Under the pieces are notes generated by a model, which worked only from the letters and a program-made list of their open reading frames with translations, did not search any database and was not told where the DNA came from. 64,000 bases of DNA. Source: Adineta vaga. Its lineage: Eukaryota; Animalia; Rotifera. The DNA lies in NCBI GenBank assembly GCA_021613535.1, contig CP075497.1, positions 13,082,001 to 13,146,000 of the forward strand, written 5' to 3'. Below are positions 62,498-64,000 of this stretch, piece by piece. How positions within the stretch are numbered: position 1 is the first letter of the stretch; every line of letters starts with the position of its first letter. The position numbers and the translations under genes are program-made.

Positions 62498-63535
62498 GGG
62501 TGTGGGTGAGATAAGAGTGAAGGTGAGAGCGGGTAAAAATAACAACGATACCCGCACCCACACCTTTCGTAGACAAATTTAAATATTTTGAAGGAAGTAT
62601 ATTTGGTGGTGAGAAGAGCGAGATTCTTCGACTCGAAAAAGTACAAAGTATTTTCGCATCATTAGTAGTTCAAGTTCTAACAGATCATGTGAAAAAAAAG
62701 CTGTTTACTTGAAGTTTGTATTGCCTACACCTGACTTGCTGAAAGTCCCTTTAATCTCTTCTTTAAAATGACGTAATAAAATATGCGTATTAGAAAAATC
62801 AGTACCTATAATTCACTCAATCGTCATGCAATCAATGAAGAGGATTATCATAAATATTGTTTTCAAGTACTTTTTATTTTATTCATCTTAAAAGATTTAA
62901 TGATGCATACAAAATAAAAATGCCTATGGTTTTATTACTTATTGTTTGATGAATCGATGGAAAAAATTGTTAATTTGCAAGTCTAATCAACATAGTTAGC
63001 AAATCTTATTTAAGAACAGTTCTTCATTTTATACTGTCTTTATAATCTTTACGATACATTCGTTTCTTGTAATACCTGCTGATTATACACTTGTGAGATG
63101 ATATTTTTTTCAATTCTAGTTCTAATTTTGGCTCCAGCAAAGATTCTTGGTCCGAGCATGTGTTCTGAGTATGTTTCTCTTTTGATTGTAGTAGCCGTAT
63201 TAACAATACGGGCTTTTTATAGGAATACAGTAGACTCAAACGTGGGAGTTAAAACTAGTCTAGTTATAACGTGTACATTGCATTTGAAGTCCAAGGTTAA
63301 CTGAGTCTTTGATAGTTCTCCAATGGTTGTTTCTAATTAATTTAGTCACCTACTAACACGTTCTAAGAGCTTGAAATTACATTTATAGATTTTTTCAACA
63401 AACATAAATATCAAATAACGATACTTAATCGGATCATTTTAGATAATATAAGAAAGAAATTTATCAAAATATGTTCCTTAACACTACTTATCTATCAATG
63501 ATGTTATTTTCAATTTATTTAATTTTCTTGATCAG

Positions 63536-64000
63536 AATTGATCAAATTAGTGCTCAAGGTGATGTCAAAGAACGAGCTGCAAATTTTCTGGCTCGTGTTG
63601 GTTTAACTATTCCTCCACAAGGCGTAGGTGAAGATACATGGATAGCACTTTGCGAAGTGAAAGCTCGCATTACGGATGCTGGAATATCACCGAAAAGGGA
63701 CACACGAACGTGTACAAAAACAACAGGTGGAGAAATTTTAGAAACACGTGTCATTCGACGTGAGGAATGGCGTTGTTCTTGGTCAACAGAATCATATTCT
63801 TCTGGTACTTTACTTAATTATCAAAATACACTTGTCAACCAGTATAATTCTGGTATAAAACTGGCTATAGAAGCAGGAGATAAAGCGGCAGTTGATTATA
63901 TGGAAACAATGAAAAGTCAACATACTCAAAATCTACAAGTGGCGACTAACCGAGATGCAGCTAAGCTAACAGCAACAGCTACAAGTGCAGCTTGGTGGAG
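63536..64000 (+). CDS. Exon of an unknown protein, open to the window end
   Basis: Stop-free frame after a ttgatcag acceptor: IDQISAQGDVKERAANFLARVGLTIPPQGVGEDTWIALCEVK...ATATSAAWW; coding-like composition. Confidence 0.6.

Larger units (their letters stand above)
56618..62564. repeat. Five further dispersed inverted telomeric-repeat units (56618-56661, 57529-57596, 60214-60294, 61067-61131, 62498-62564)
   Basis: Each is G arm + short spacer + C arm; three carry CATCTTGAGG-like outer ends. Two more degenerate units lie at 1776-1816 and 2236-2283. Confidence 0.8.

Noticed and set aside
1776-62564. Repeat-spacer-repeat units as a CRISPR-like array
   Set aside because: The repeats are inverted and dispersed, not direct and tandem; no cas genes; eukaryotic context.
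1-64000. Prokaryotic operon or contaminant origin
   Set aside because: Spliceosomal introns, LINE/SINE/MULE elements and low gene density indicate a eukaryotic nuclear genome.

Overview
AT-rich eukaryotic DNA with short (about 50-60 nt) GT-AG introns. The gene families (F-box/LRR, ART-TPR, ART-NHL, FG-GAP, Cys-less pentameric channel, Athena-type RT fragment) and (TGTGGG)n telomere-type repeats point to a bdelloid rotifer; this is an inference. The region looks like a fast-turnover accessory or defence neighbourhood. It holds four ADP-ribosyltransferase loci, two intronless stonustoxin-like pore-forming toxin paralogs, and several F-box genes and pseudogenes. It also holds two genes each built from three tandem TM-Cys-rich ectodomain-TM modules, one with near-identical frameworks and hypervariable loops. 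Mobile DNA includes a TSD-bounded RTE-type LINE, an adjacent tRNA-headed SINE sharing both its 5' motif and 3' end, and an internally deleted MULE. The most striking unexplained pattern is about 15 dispersed units of G-rich telomeric arm + 10-21 nt spacer + C-rich arm, always in head-to-head fusion orientation and often with a shared outer terminus (CATCTTGAGGGTG). Several sit exactly at deletion or truncation junctions of genes and of a transposon. All homology calls are from motif recognition by eye; no searches were run.
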